A stretch of DNA of 36,901 bases from a virus (taxonomy: Duplodnaviria; Caudoviricetes): positions 1 to 36,901 of IMG/VR virus record IMGVR_UViG_3300033076_000336; one strand, 5' to 3'. Below, piece after piece: positions 28,146 to 36,246 of this stretch (positions are counted from its first letter, which is position 1; every line of letters begins with the position of its first letter). The notes beneath the pieces were generated by a model, which made no database searches, had not been told where the DNA came from, and was given only the letters and a program-made list of their open reading frames with translations. The position numbers were made by a program, and so were the translations under genes.

Positions 28146-31100
28146 ATGCCAAGTTTATACGAAACAACCGCCGCAGTAGGTGATGTAAGTTCTAGTAACT
28201 TTACAACACTTTACAACAGCAGTGGATTAAGTGCACCAAATACAGGTGGTGGGGCTGTTGGTGGTAACCTTAATGTTGCTGGTAATCTAACAGTTCAAGG
28301 AACAAGTTTATTACAAGGTGCTGTTACACTAGGCAGCACCCTAAGTTTGCCTAACTATACATTCCCATCAGGTGATGGTGGAACGGATCAGGTTTTAACC
28401 ACTGACGGTAGTGGTAACTTAATATGGCGAAATGTTCAAACACTTCCAGGTGCTGAATATAATATCAGTGCAACTACAGCCACTGGCGGTGCTAATTTAA
28501 CATTAGCCAATACTGCTGGTGATACAGATTCAGTTAAGTTTGCAGGTGGCACAAATATTACTGTTAGCAGAACAGACGCTAATACAATTACTATTTCTAC
28601 AACTGCTGATGATATTCCCAGCGGCACAGCCAATGGTCAAATGCTTGTCTGGGAAAACTCAGCATGGACTGCAACTAATGATGTAGTTTGGACCGATACT
28701 ACACAAAGAACAGCAATTACGGGTAAAGCAGGTATCAATGGTAGAGTAAACAGCGCATTGCGATTGGTTAATGACACAGGTGCAACACCATATACCACAA
28801 ATGATGGCACTGGTATTTTAATATCTCTTGACAGTGACAGTCAAGCGGTTAGTGCATATGCGGCATTAACAGGGGCTTATAACAGCACTAATAACCATCA
28901 GTTCCGTTTTAGCACAAGTAAAAGTAGTTTTTCCACAGATATCGCAACCAGCATTACAGGCGGTAACACATTAGTATTCAGTGCGCCACACGGCTGGAGT
29001 GCTGGACAAAATTACACTTTTGTAAGTGTATCAGCAAACGGTTTAACTACTGGCACAACATATTATGTTTTAGCCAGTGGTTTGACCGCAACTCAAGCAC
29101 AAGTTAGTTTAACACTAGGTGGCAGTCCTGTAGCTTTAACCAACGGCACAGGCTTAAATCTTGTATTCCAAGACAGTGAACGAATTATCACAGCGGATCA
29201 AGATATCTTTAATGTTGCAGGTAAAACTTTAACTCTTAACAGTTTGGGCACAGGTGTTGCTGGTGTTGATTCAACTATTGCATTTGAGCGTGGCACTAGT
29301 GGCGCAGATGCAACATTTAAATGGAGCGAAACAGATCAGCGTTTTGAAGTTAATCAACCATTCTGGGCACAGGGTATAATTTCTACAGATGCTGAAAGCA
29401 TCAGCATGAATGCTGACAACACAGCCACTGACAGTTATTTGAACTTCAAGGGCTTTACACAGTATTTGAAATGGGACAATGCTAACCAACGATTCCAATT
29501 AAGTGACAAACTTTATATTTCTACAGATGCTATTCCTCCTGCACTATTTGAACGCAGAGTAGTGAGCAGTGATGTAAGCGCAAATGAAGGTAAGAGTGCC
29601 CTGCGTATTTTTGAGCGTGTAACGGATGTTGCCAATAACAACAATGATATCGGTGGTCCAGCAATGTTGTTTGGACGAACATATGGTGCCAGTGGTGGCA
29701 CTGAGCGTTTATTTGGTAGTATCGCAGGTATTTGGCATGGCACAACTACAACAGCAGATTTAAACTTTGCATGGAGTAATGATAACTTTACTGAAACTAG
29801 TCCAGGCGTATTTCCTGGCAGTTATACATTGTTGCGTCTTGGCAGCAATAATGCCGAGTTTTTCAATAACAGTTTGTATGTAGATTACAGCACACTAGGT
29901 TCTACTAAAGTTGGTATTAATAATGACACTCCTGCTTATACATTAGATGTTACAGGCGATGGTCGTATCACAACTAATTTAACAGTGAATGGTAGTTTGA
30001 CAGTTAATAGTGGTATTGTTAATACAACTAACACTACTGCCACATTATTCAATACTACAGCAACAACTGTAAATGCATTTGGTGCGGCAACAGCAGTTAA
30101 TTTAGGTAACAGTGGCGGCATAGTAACTGTTAATGGTGATTTAGCAGTTAATGGTGGAGACATTACTACCAATGTAGGTGCAGGTGGTATTGCTAATTTA
30201 TATAACAGCAATGCAATTGGCACTATCAACATTGGTGCTAGCGTAGTCACTGAAGTTAATATTGGTAATACCAGCGGCAGCAGAGTTCAAATCAAATCGC
30301 CTACTATTGTAGGTGCTAATACTACACAAGCAGTATTCAACACCGTAGCAACTACTGTTAATGCGTTTGGTGCGGCAACTACAGTCAGCATCGGTGCTAA
30401 TACTGGCACAACAACTATCAACAATGATTTGGTTGCTGACAATTTTGATACTACAAACATTCGTGCAACTGGTTATATCACAGCAGGTTATGGTGGTGCG
30501 GCTCCAACAACATTAGCCGCAAATGGCGATGTTACTGTTGGCAATGATTTAACTGTTACTGGTAATGACATTAAATCTAGCACTGGCTTAACTGCAATTA
30601 CACTAGACAACAACAACATAGTTGTTGCGGGTGATATTACTGTTACTGGTAATGACATTAAATCTAGCACTGGTTTAACTGCAATTACACTAGACAACAA
30701 CAGCATAGTTGTTGCGGGTGATATTACAGTTAATGGACAAGATATTAAGAGTCTTGGTGGCACAACTGCTATTACTTTAAACGGTGCTGACATCGCCACA
30801 GGCGACATTACCTTAAATGGTGGTGATATTCGCAGTAGTGGTGGAACTGTTGCCGTTAGTGTTAGCGGTGCAAATGCAACTGTAGTAGGTGACTTGGCAG
30901 TTAATGGTGGAGATATTACAACTACTCAAACAACTGCTAGTGTATTCAATACAACTGCTACTACATTGAATGTAGGCGGTGCGGCAACTACTGTTAACAT
31001 TGGTGCAACAACTGGCGGAACTATAATCAACAATGATTTGAGTATTCGTCCAACTTCTACATCTACACTAACTGTAATTGGTTCTATTTCAACTCTGGTA

Positions 31101-31397
31101 ACAACTCAATTAAATACTACATCAACTGCTACATCAGTAGTTGTATCTACTACAAGAAGCAGTATGAACGGTAGTGTAACCGTTAAAGACAATGTAACCA
31201 ATGCGTTGCATACTGTTAACTTTACTGCACTTAGAAATGGTGCAACTGCCATGTTAACCACATATGGCGAATTATATACTGCGGCTGCATTGGCAACATT
31301 TACAGTTGATATCAGCGGCAGTGACATGAGATTGTTAGTGACTCCAGCAAGTGCTAACAGCACAACATTTAACGCAGTTAGAACTGCTATATCTTAA
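28146..31397 (+). CDS. Tail fibre / long virion fibre protein 1
   Basis: 1083 aa, Thr/Gly/Asn-rich, with repeated GDLAVNGGDI and [17 protein letters not shown] units. Confidence 0.8.
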   Translation: MPSLYETTAAVGDVSSSNFTTLYNSSGLSAPNTGGGAVGGNLNVAGNLTVQGTSLLQGAVTLGSTLSLPNYTFPSGDGGTDQVLTTDGSGNLIWRNVQTLPGAEYNISATTATGGANLTLANTAGDTDSVKFAGGTNITVSRTDANTITISTTADDIPSGTANGQMLVWENSAWTATNDVVWTDTTQRTAITGKAGINGRVNSALRLVNDTGATPYTTNDGTGILISLDSDSQAVSAYAALTGAYNSTNNHQFRFSTSKSSFSTDIATSITGGNTLVFSAPHGWSAGQNYTFVSVSANGLTTGTTYYVLASGLTATQAQVSLTLGGSPVALTNGTGLNLVFQDSERIITADQDIFNVAGKTLTLNSLGTGVAGVDSTIAFERGTSGADATFKWSETDQRFEVNQPFWAQGIISTDAESISMNADNTATDSYLNFKGFTQYLKWDNANQRFQLSDKLYISTDAIPPALFERRVVSSDVSANEGKSALRIFERVTDVANNNNDIGGPAMLFGRTYGASGGTERLFGSIAGIWHGTTTTADLNFAWSNDNFTETSPGVFPGSYTLLRLGSNNAEFFNNSLYVDYSTLGSTKVGINNDTPAYTLDVTGDGRITTNLTVNGSLTVNSGIVNTTNTTATLFNTTATTVNAFGAATAVNLGNSGGIVTVNGDLAVNGGDITTNVGAGGIANLYNSNAIGTINIGASVVTEVNIGNTSGSRVQIKSPTIVGANTTQAVFNTVATTVNAFGAATTVSIGANTGTTTINNDLVADNFDTTNIRATGYITAGYGGAAPTTLAANGDVTVGNDLTVTGNDIKSSTGLTAITLDNNNIVVAGDITVTGNDIKSSTGLTAITLDNNSIVVAGDITVNGQDIKSLGGTTAITLNGADIATGDITLNGGDIRSSGGTVAVSVSGANATVVGDLAVNGGDITTTQTTASVFNTTATTLNVGGAATTVNIGATTGGTIINNDLSIRPTSTSTLTVIGSISTLVTTQLNTTSTATSVVVSTTRSSMNGSVTVKDNVTNALHTVNFTALRNGATAMLTTYGELYTAAALATFTVDISGSDMRLLVTPASANSTTFNAVRTAIS
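30552..30727 (+). repeat. 87-bp tandem duplication (29 aa) in fibre 1
   Basis: Units begin at 30552 and 30639 and differ at two positions. Confidence 0.9.
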
Positions 31398-31416
31398 AAT
31401 AGGGATTGTGTGAACT

Positions 31417-34400
31417 ATGAGTAACGAAAAATTCAAAGTCAAGTTTGGCTTGGCGGTTGGCGATACAGCCGCAACAGTGGATGGAACTACTGGTGATATC
31501 TATACCAGTGGTAGTGCTATCATTAATCAAAACTTACAAGTTAACGGAGCAACTACATTAGGTAATACTCCTGCTGATACTGTAAGCATTAATGGTGATA
31601 CGCTAATTAACAATGCACTTACTATTGGTAGTGGCAGTGGTGATACTGTAACTGTAAACAGTCAAGTAAGCGGCAACATTACATTCAGTGATAATAGCAC
31701 TACAACAAGTCGTGGTGTTACGGGCACAGTAGGAACCAACGACTATTGGAAGTATGGTGGTGGTGCAACTGGATCAAATGCTGGCTATGCTGAAATTGCT
31801 ACAGGTGATGATGGCACTGAGCCTATCTATGTTCGTCAATACAGTGGCGGTAGTATCGCTAAACAATTTACATTAATGGATTCAAGTGGTAATACACAAA
31901 CTGCTGGTGATTTAACTATTAATGGTAATGGTTACATTTATAGTTCAACAAATCTAGCACTAGATTTAACAGGTGCCGATGTTAGTGTAGCAGGGGACCT
32001 AAGTGTTTTAGGTGGGGATATTAATGTTCCTACTGCAACAGCCAACATTGCAAACACAACTGCTACAACTGTAAACTTTGCAGGAGCCGCTACTACTGTT
32101 AGCATTGGTGCCAACACAGGCACAACAACCGTTAACAACAGTCTTGTTGCTGATGATATTAGCATTGCTACTGTTGATACAACTACTTTGAAAGTTACTA
32201 ACATACAAGCAAAAGATGGCACAGCGGCTGCTACTATTGCTAACGGCACAGGCATTATTACTGTTAGTAGTCAATTGAATGTAGATAACATTAATATTAG
32301 TAACAATACAATTAGTAGCACAGACACTAACGGTAATATTGTTTTAACTCCAAACGGCACTGGTGTTATTAGTGCAACCAACAACATTACAGCAGGTAAA
32401 GGTCAAACTACTACTAGAACAATTACAGGTGGTGGTAAAGCTGTTGACAGTAATGGTGATGTTTTAATTTTACCTATTTCATCAGCAAATACTGTAAGTC
32501 CATATGCCGCCTTTTTTGATAATACAACCACAAACAGAAGTGGTCGTGTTTTAATGCGTGAATACGGACAAAATACACCTGGTGGCACAAGTTCTACGCA
32601 GGGTAATGCAAACATACAACTTGAAGGTAGTCGTGGAACAGCGGCTAGTCCTTTAGCACCTAACACAGCCAACACTAGTGTTGCTACTATGGCATTTGGC
32701 GGTTATGATGGCAGTCGCTGGAGCAGTGAAAACGCTGTAGGCTTACCATTAGCCTCAGTAGTTCAAGCCACTGAAGCATGGGGCAATGAAACCAGTAGTT
32801 TTACTGGTAGTATCAGTGGAACAACATTAACAGTTACGGCAGTGGCTAGTGGCTCAATTTGGCTTGGTCAAGTAATTACTGGCACTGGTATTACTGCTGG
32901 CACAACAATCACGGGTTTTGGTAACAATACTAACGGTGGCACAGGAACTTATACAGTAAGTTTTAGTCAAACAGTAGCATCAACAACTATTACTGGTGTT
33001 GGCACAACTGCTAGCGGATCACGATTCTTAACTATCCAACAACCTACAGGTGTTAAATTAAGTGGTCAAAGCCGTAACACTACTTTTGGTCTTGTTAATA
33101 CAGCACCATCAACTTCTACCGTTAATACCGTAAGCGTTCCAGTAGCACCAGGTCATCAAATTATTTTAGGTAATAACGATAGTGGTGACATTACTATGTT
33201 GGGTAGCACCAGTAACATTGTTTACAAAGGTAGAGGTCAAACACAGTTTAGTCTTACTGGCGGCAGTATAACACATATCGGTGTAACAGGACAGGATACA
33301 GCAAGTTTTACAGGTTATATTGACAACGGTGCTGGTTCAGCAGGTAATACCTTAACAGTTACCGCAGTAAGTTCAGGCACTATCAGCGTGGGTCAATTGG
33401 TTGTGGCAACTGGTATTCAGCCTGCTACATTTATTACTGCGCTGGGCACAGGCACAGGCGGTGTAGGAACTTATACTGTCAGCACAACATTTGCCACAGC
33501 AGGTCAAACTGTTGGTAGCAGTGGCACGCCAGTTGCCATGGTAACTACACCAGATAACTATGGTTTGCGTAATAGTAACTTGTTCTTTACAAGTGCAAAC
33601 CGTAAAAGTCCTGTAAGTGGTCGTCGTGCACCATTAAAGAACAATGACATAATATATTCATTTAGTTTTAATGGACAAAACGGTAGCGGTGTAGCCAACA
33701 CTGGTCTTGGAGTTTCAACTGCTGGCATGTCATTTACAGCGGCTGGAGATTTTACTCCAACCAGTGCACCAAGTGCATTTAACTTAAACTTAACACCAGT
33801 CAATTCAGTTACAAGTAAATCATATCTTGGTATACTTACAAACGGTCAAACCAATTTCAGCGATCCAAACGGTTACAGCAGAGAAGGTTTAAATTACACA
33901 CCAAGAACAGCCAGTGTTGATAATAGTGCTAGCCTTAACTTAAATATGGTGAATAATGGTGCGTCTGCTTATTCACAACCGCTGTTGAACTTTATTAATG
34001 TGCGTTCTACTGATGGTATTAACTATACACCAACACAGGCAAACGATGTTATCGGTGGATATAAGTTTAACGGTAATGCCTATACCAGCACAAACCCTGG
34101 TGTTCCAGCAGGTCCAGCGGCACAGATTACTTGTTATGCTACTGAAAACTGGACTAGCACAGCCAACGGTGGTGGTTTCCGCTTTACTGCTATTAAAACT
34201 GGCACATTAACTGATGTAACTGTAATTGATGGTAACAGTAGCAATACACAATTCGCCAGCGATCAGTTTACATTTAAGGATACCAGTGGCACAAACATTA
34301 CTGGTAACAAGATCAACTACAACCGTGTATATGGACAATGGCAGTATGATGCTACTATTACGCCTGCGGCAAGCAATACCGCTTATGTGTTCCCACTAGG

Positions 34401-34776
34401 CACCGCTGATTATGCTAACATTGCCAGCGTTGGTAGCACAAGTAGATTGATTCCAGGTGCAATTGGTCAATTCAACATGCAGTTCAGTGTTCAAGTTGCC
34501 AACAGCGATAACGGCACTGAACATACTGCATACATTTGGTTGCGTCAAAACGGTGTAGATGTGGCTGGTAGTATGGGTAGAATCACTGTGCCAAAAGGTG
34601 GTGCAACAATTGCTGGTTGGAATAATCTTTGTGTAACTACTGCTACAACAGATTACTTTGAATTGGCTTATGCAACAGATGATGCTACACATATTTCATT
34701 CCCATTCTATGCAAGCACAGCATTTGGTCCAAGCACAGCCGCATTGTTTACAACATTAACACCAGTAGGTGCATAA
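31417..34776 (+). CDS. Tail fibre protein 2 with C-terminal C1q/TNF-like (BclA C-terminal-like) domain
   Basis: 1119 aa; C-terminal [10 protein letters not shown]...YIWLRQNG...DYFELAY jelly-roll pattern; shares shaft repeats with fibre 1. Confidence 0.8.
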   Translation: MSNEKFKVKFGLAVGDTAATVDGTTGDIYTSGSAIINQNLQVNGATTLGNTPADTVSINGDTLINNALTIGSGSGDTVTVNSQVSGNITFSDNSTTTSRGVTGTVGTNDYWKYGGGATGSNAGYAEIATGDDGTEPIYVRQYSGGSIAKQFTLMDSSGNTQTAGDLTINGNGYIYSSTNLALDLTGADVSVAGDLSVLGGDINVPTATANIANTTATTVNFAGAATTVSIGANTGTTTVNNSLVADDISIATVDTTTLKVTNIQAKDGTAAATIANGTGIITVSSQLNVDNINISNNTISSTDTNGNIVLTPNGTGVISATNNITAGKGQTTTRTITGGGKAVDSNGDVLILPISSANTVSPYAAFFDNTTTNRSGRVLMREYGQNTPGGTSSTQGNANIQLEGSRGTAASPLAPNTANTSVATMAFGGYDGSRWSSENAVGLPLASVVQATEAWGNETSSFTGSISGTTLTVTAVASGSIWLGQVITGTGITAGTTITGFGNNTNGGTGTYTVSFSQTVASTTITGVGTTASGSRFLTIQQPTGVKLSGQSRNTTFGLVNTAPSTSTVNTVSVPVAPGHQIILGNNDSGDITMLGSTSNIVYKGRGQTQFSLTGGSITHIGVTGQDTASFTGYIDNGAGSAGNTLTVTAVSSGTISVGQLVVATGIQPATFITALGTGTGGVGTYTVSTTFATAGQTVGSSGTPVAMVTTPDNYGLRNSNLFFTSANRKSPVSGRRAPLKNNDIIYSFSFNGQNGSGVANTGLGVSTAGMSFTAAGDFTPTSAPSAFNLNLTPVNSVTSKSYLGILTNGQTNFSDPNGYSREGLNYTPRTASVDNSASLNLNMVNNGASAYSQPLLNFINVRSTDGINYTPTQANDVIGGYKFNGNAYTSTNPGVPAGPAAQITCYATENWTSTANGGGFRFTAIKTGTLTDVTVIDGNSSNTQFASDQFTFKDTSGTNITGNKINYNRVYGQWQYDATITPAASNTAYVFPLGTADYANIASVGSTSRLIPGAIGQFNMQFSVQVANSDNGTEHTAYIWLRQNGVDVAGSMGRITVPKGGATIAGWNNLCVTTATTDYFELAYATDDATHISFPFYASTAFGPSTAALFTTLTPVGA

Positions 34777-35126
34777 TGGCAGAACTAGACGAAAATTACA
34801 TGGACAGCCGCATATGGAAATATGCGGTCCAACACGCTAACAGAGAAAGAAACATGGACAATTTTAAAGAGACAAGCCTGAAAGGTCATATACAACTTTG
34901 CGAATTACGCTATCGTAGTCTGGAGGAAAAGATCAATGCAGTTGAAACTAAACTCGTTAAAGTGGAAGATAAAATGTCTACACTTAAGGCTGAAATGCAA
35001 ACAGGTTTCAGTGAAATTAAGTTGCTCATTGAACGACAGAACAACGCCAGGACCATTCAGTTAATTGCCACCATTGGCACAATAGCGGCTGCTATAGTGG
35101 CAGGCTTATTTGCTTATTTAAAATAA
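34776..35126 (+). CDS. Coiled-coil protein with C-terminal transmembrane anchor
   Basis: HIQLCELRY followed by a heptad region and hydrophobic tail LIATIGTIAAAIVAGLFAYL. The true start could be a later Met. Confidence 0.7.
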   Translation: MAELDENYMDSRIWKYAVQHANRERNMDNFKETSLKGHIQLCELRYRSLEEKINAVETKLVKVEDKMSTLKAEMQTGFSEIKLLIERQNNARTIQLIATIGTIAAAIVAGLFAYLK

Positions 35127-35127
35127 T

Positions 35128-35565
35128 ATGGGCAGAATGAAAAAACGAGAAACCTGGCTTACCAAGTCAGGTCAAACTCTAATTGACTATGGCTTACACC
35201 CTGGTGCATTGCTCAGTCAGTATATTACTTGGCAGCGTCCTGCGGGCGGCTATGCTACTATTCCTGATCCAGAACCAGATACTATCAATGTTGCTATCTT
35301 GGCAAAGAAACCTGTGATGTTGGATTTACCGCATGTCTATTTCATGCAACCACAGCAGGATAAGCGATTCTGGATTAGTTTTGGTAGAAGCGATAATCCA
35401 CGCAAGACTGTTGACGGTGTAAAAGATTTTTGGATTGCACACTGGATTAATCCTACGGCAGCAACACCAAGACCTTATATACATCAAGAGTTTCAGGTAA
35501 TAAGTTTGGCAAAAGATATACCTGCTGGCACTAGATGGAAATACATGGAACAATTTGTTGAATAG
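35128..35565 (+). CDS. Hypothetical protein
   Basis: 145-aa ORF closing the fibre operon. Confidence 0.7.
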   Translation: MGRMKKRETWLTKSGQTLIDYGLHPGALLSQYITWQRPAGGYATIPDPEPDTINVAILAKKPVMLDLPHVYFMQPQQDKRFWISFGRSDNPRKTVDGVKDFWIAHWINPTAATPRPYIHQEFQVISLAKDIPAGTRWKYMEQFVE

Positions 35566-35576
35566 CACGCTAAATA

Positions 35577-35654
35577 CTTTTACTAAAGTTAAAGTTTAAA
35601 GACATTTTAGTATCCTTTCCGTTCTTAAACCCCTGTTCGCAGGGGTTTTCTTTT
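35577..35654 (+). ncRNA. Candidate small RNA 1 (~70 nt) with anti-SD/anti-AUG segment
   Basis: TAAATA 35571-35576, no + strand ORF, GACATTTTAGTATCCTTTCC (35601-35620), then a terminator. Confidence 0.55.
35627..35654 (+). terminator. Intrinsic terminator with UUCG loop
   Basis: AAACCCCTG-TTCG-CAGGGGTTT followed by TCTTTT. Confidence 0.85.
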
Positions 35655-35657
35655 GAC

Positions 35658-35691
35658 TAATACTAAAGTATAGGGGTATATTTTAGTATTA
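35658..35691. repeat. 15-bp inverted repeat (operator-like or hairpin)
   Basis: TAATACTAAAGTATA-GGGG-TATATTTTAGTATTA with one G:T mismatch. Confidence 0.75.
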
Positions 35692-35716
35692 TATAGACTT
35701 TAGTGATAAATATTAT

Positions 35717-35892
35717 TGACCGCTGATGGCAGTAATTTCTATCAATAAAGCCATTTTGAGTATCCTCGATTGCTGTCGGCGGTCACTCTTGTAGACATTT
35801 AGTGATGTTCAGCACTAAATATTTTGTCAGTGCAATGCTGACAGTTATCCTTTTTGTAAATCTCACGCCATACGCCCCGCAAGGGGCGTTTT
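35717..35892 (+). ncRNA. Candidate structured RNA(s) 2/3 with anti-SD/anti-AUG segments
   Basis: TAAATA 35707-35712; 17-bp stem 35717-35733/35769-35785 with four G:U pairs; hairpins 35797-35820 and 35825-35843; terminal GNRA hairpin 35872-35889. Confidence 0.65.
35872..35892 (+). terminator. GC-rich hairpin with GCAA tetraloop and short U tract
   Basis: ACGCCCC-GCAA-GGGGCGT-TTT. Confidence 0.65.
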
Positions 35893-35911
35893 GGTTTATG
35901 GTCTATAAGGC

Positions 35912-35917
35912 TAAATA
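35912..35917 (+). promoter_or_regulatory. TAAATA late-type promoter motif
   Basis: GGCTAAATACA after the terminal hairpin, upstream of GTG 35953. Confidence 0.55.
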
Positions 35918-35952
35918 CATGGTCAGTGAGATGACAGGAAAGGAATAGCATA

Positions 35953-36246
35953 GTGAAAGATGACTACAATCCCCGTGATATTTTAAAAGCCTTGAACCAA
36001 CGAGTTCAAGAGCGTTGCCAATATGAATGGCGTGTGCATATTCACATGCCTGTTGAAGATGTTTTGGACATGGTGCAAAACAGATACAATGCTGAATGGC
36101 AGGCAAAAAGAAAAAACCAACCATACACAGTTACTGCTAATTTTTCAACGCTTGATGAAGCAAAAGAATATGCTTACATGGTCAGGTTAACTGGTCGCAG
36201 GTGTAGCATTAATAATAATTGGACAGGAGATGTATATGAAGAATGA
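35953..36246 (+). CDS. Hypothetical protein
   Basis: GTG start with SD AAGGA; 97 aa. Confidence 0.7.
   Translation: MKDDYNPRDILKALNQRVQERCQYEWRVHIHMPVEDVLDMVQNRYNAEWQAKRKNQPYTVTANFSTLDEAKEYAYMVRLTGRRCSINNNWTGDVYEE

Noticed and set aside
19971-33946. TAAATA copies inside coding sequence (19971, 31111, 33941)
   Set aside because: They are mid-gene, all in TTAAATA context, with no gene start nearby, so they are probably background. My scan was not exhaustive.
35570-35760. Two minus-strand micro-ORFs with good SD (MSLNFNFSKSI, 11 aa; MALLIEITAISGQ, 13 aa)
   Set aside because: They are very short, and the G:U pairs, U-tracts and TAAATA motifs all point to + strand transcription. They are treated as antisense segments, though translation is not excluded.
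35717-35892. tRNA, tmRNA or known riboswitch
   Set aside because: No cloverleaf, T-loop or CCA end, and no aptamer consensus that I recognise.
28146-35900. Diversity-generating retroelement or invertible fibre cassette
   Set aside because: No reverse transcriptase or invertase is present, and I saw no adenine-variant TR/VR pair.
2646-35917. TAAATA as an archaeal TATA box or eukaryotic virus promoter
   Set aside because: The SLT muramidase, consensus sigma70 promoters, SD sites and intrinsic terminators indicate a bacterial host, and 6-8 nt spacings do not fit a TATA box.
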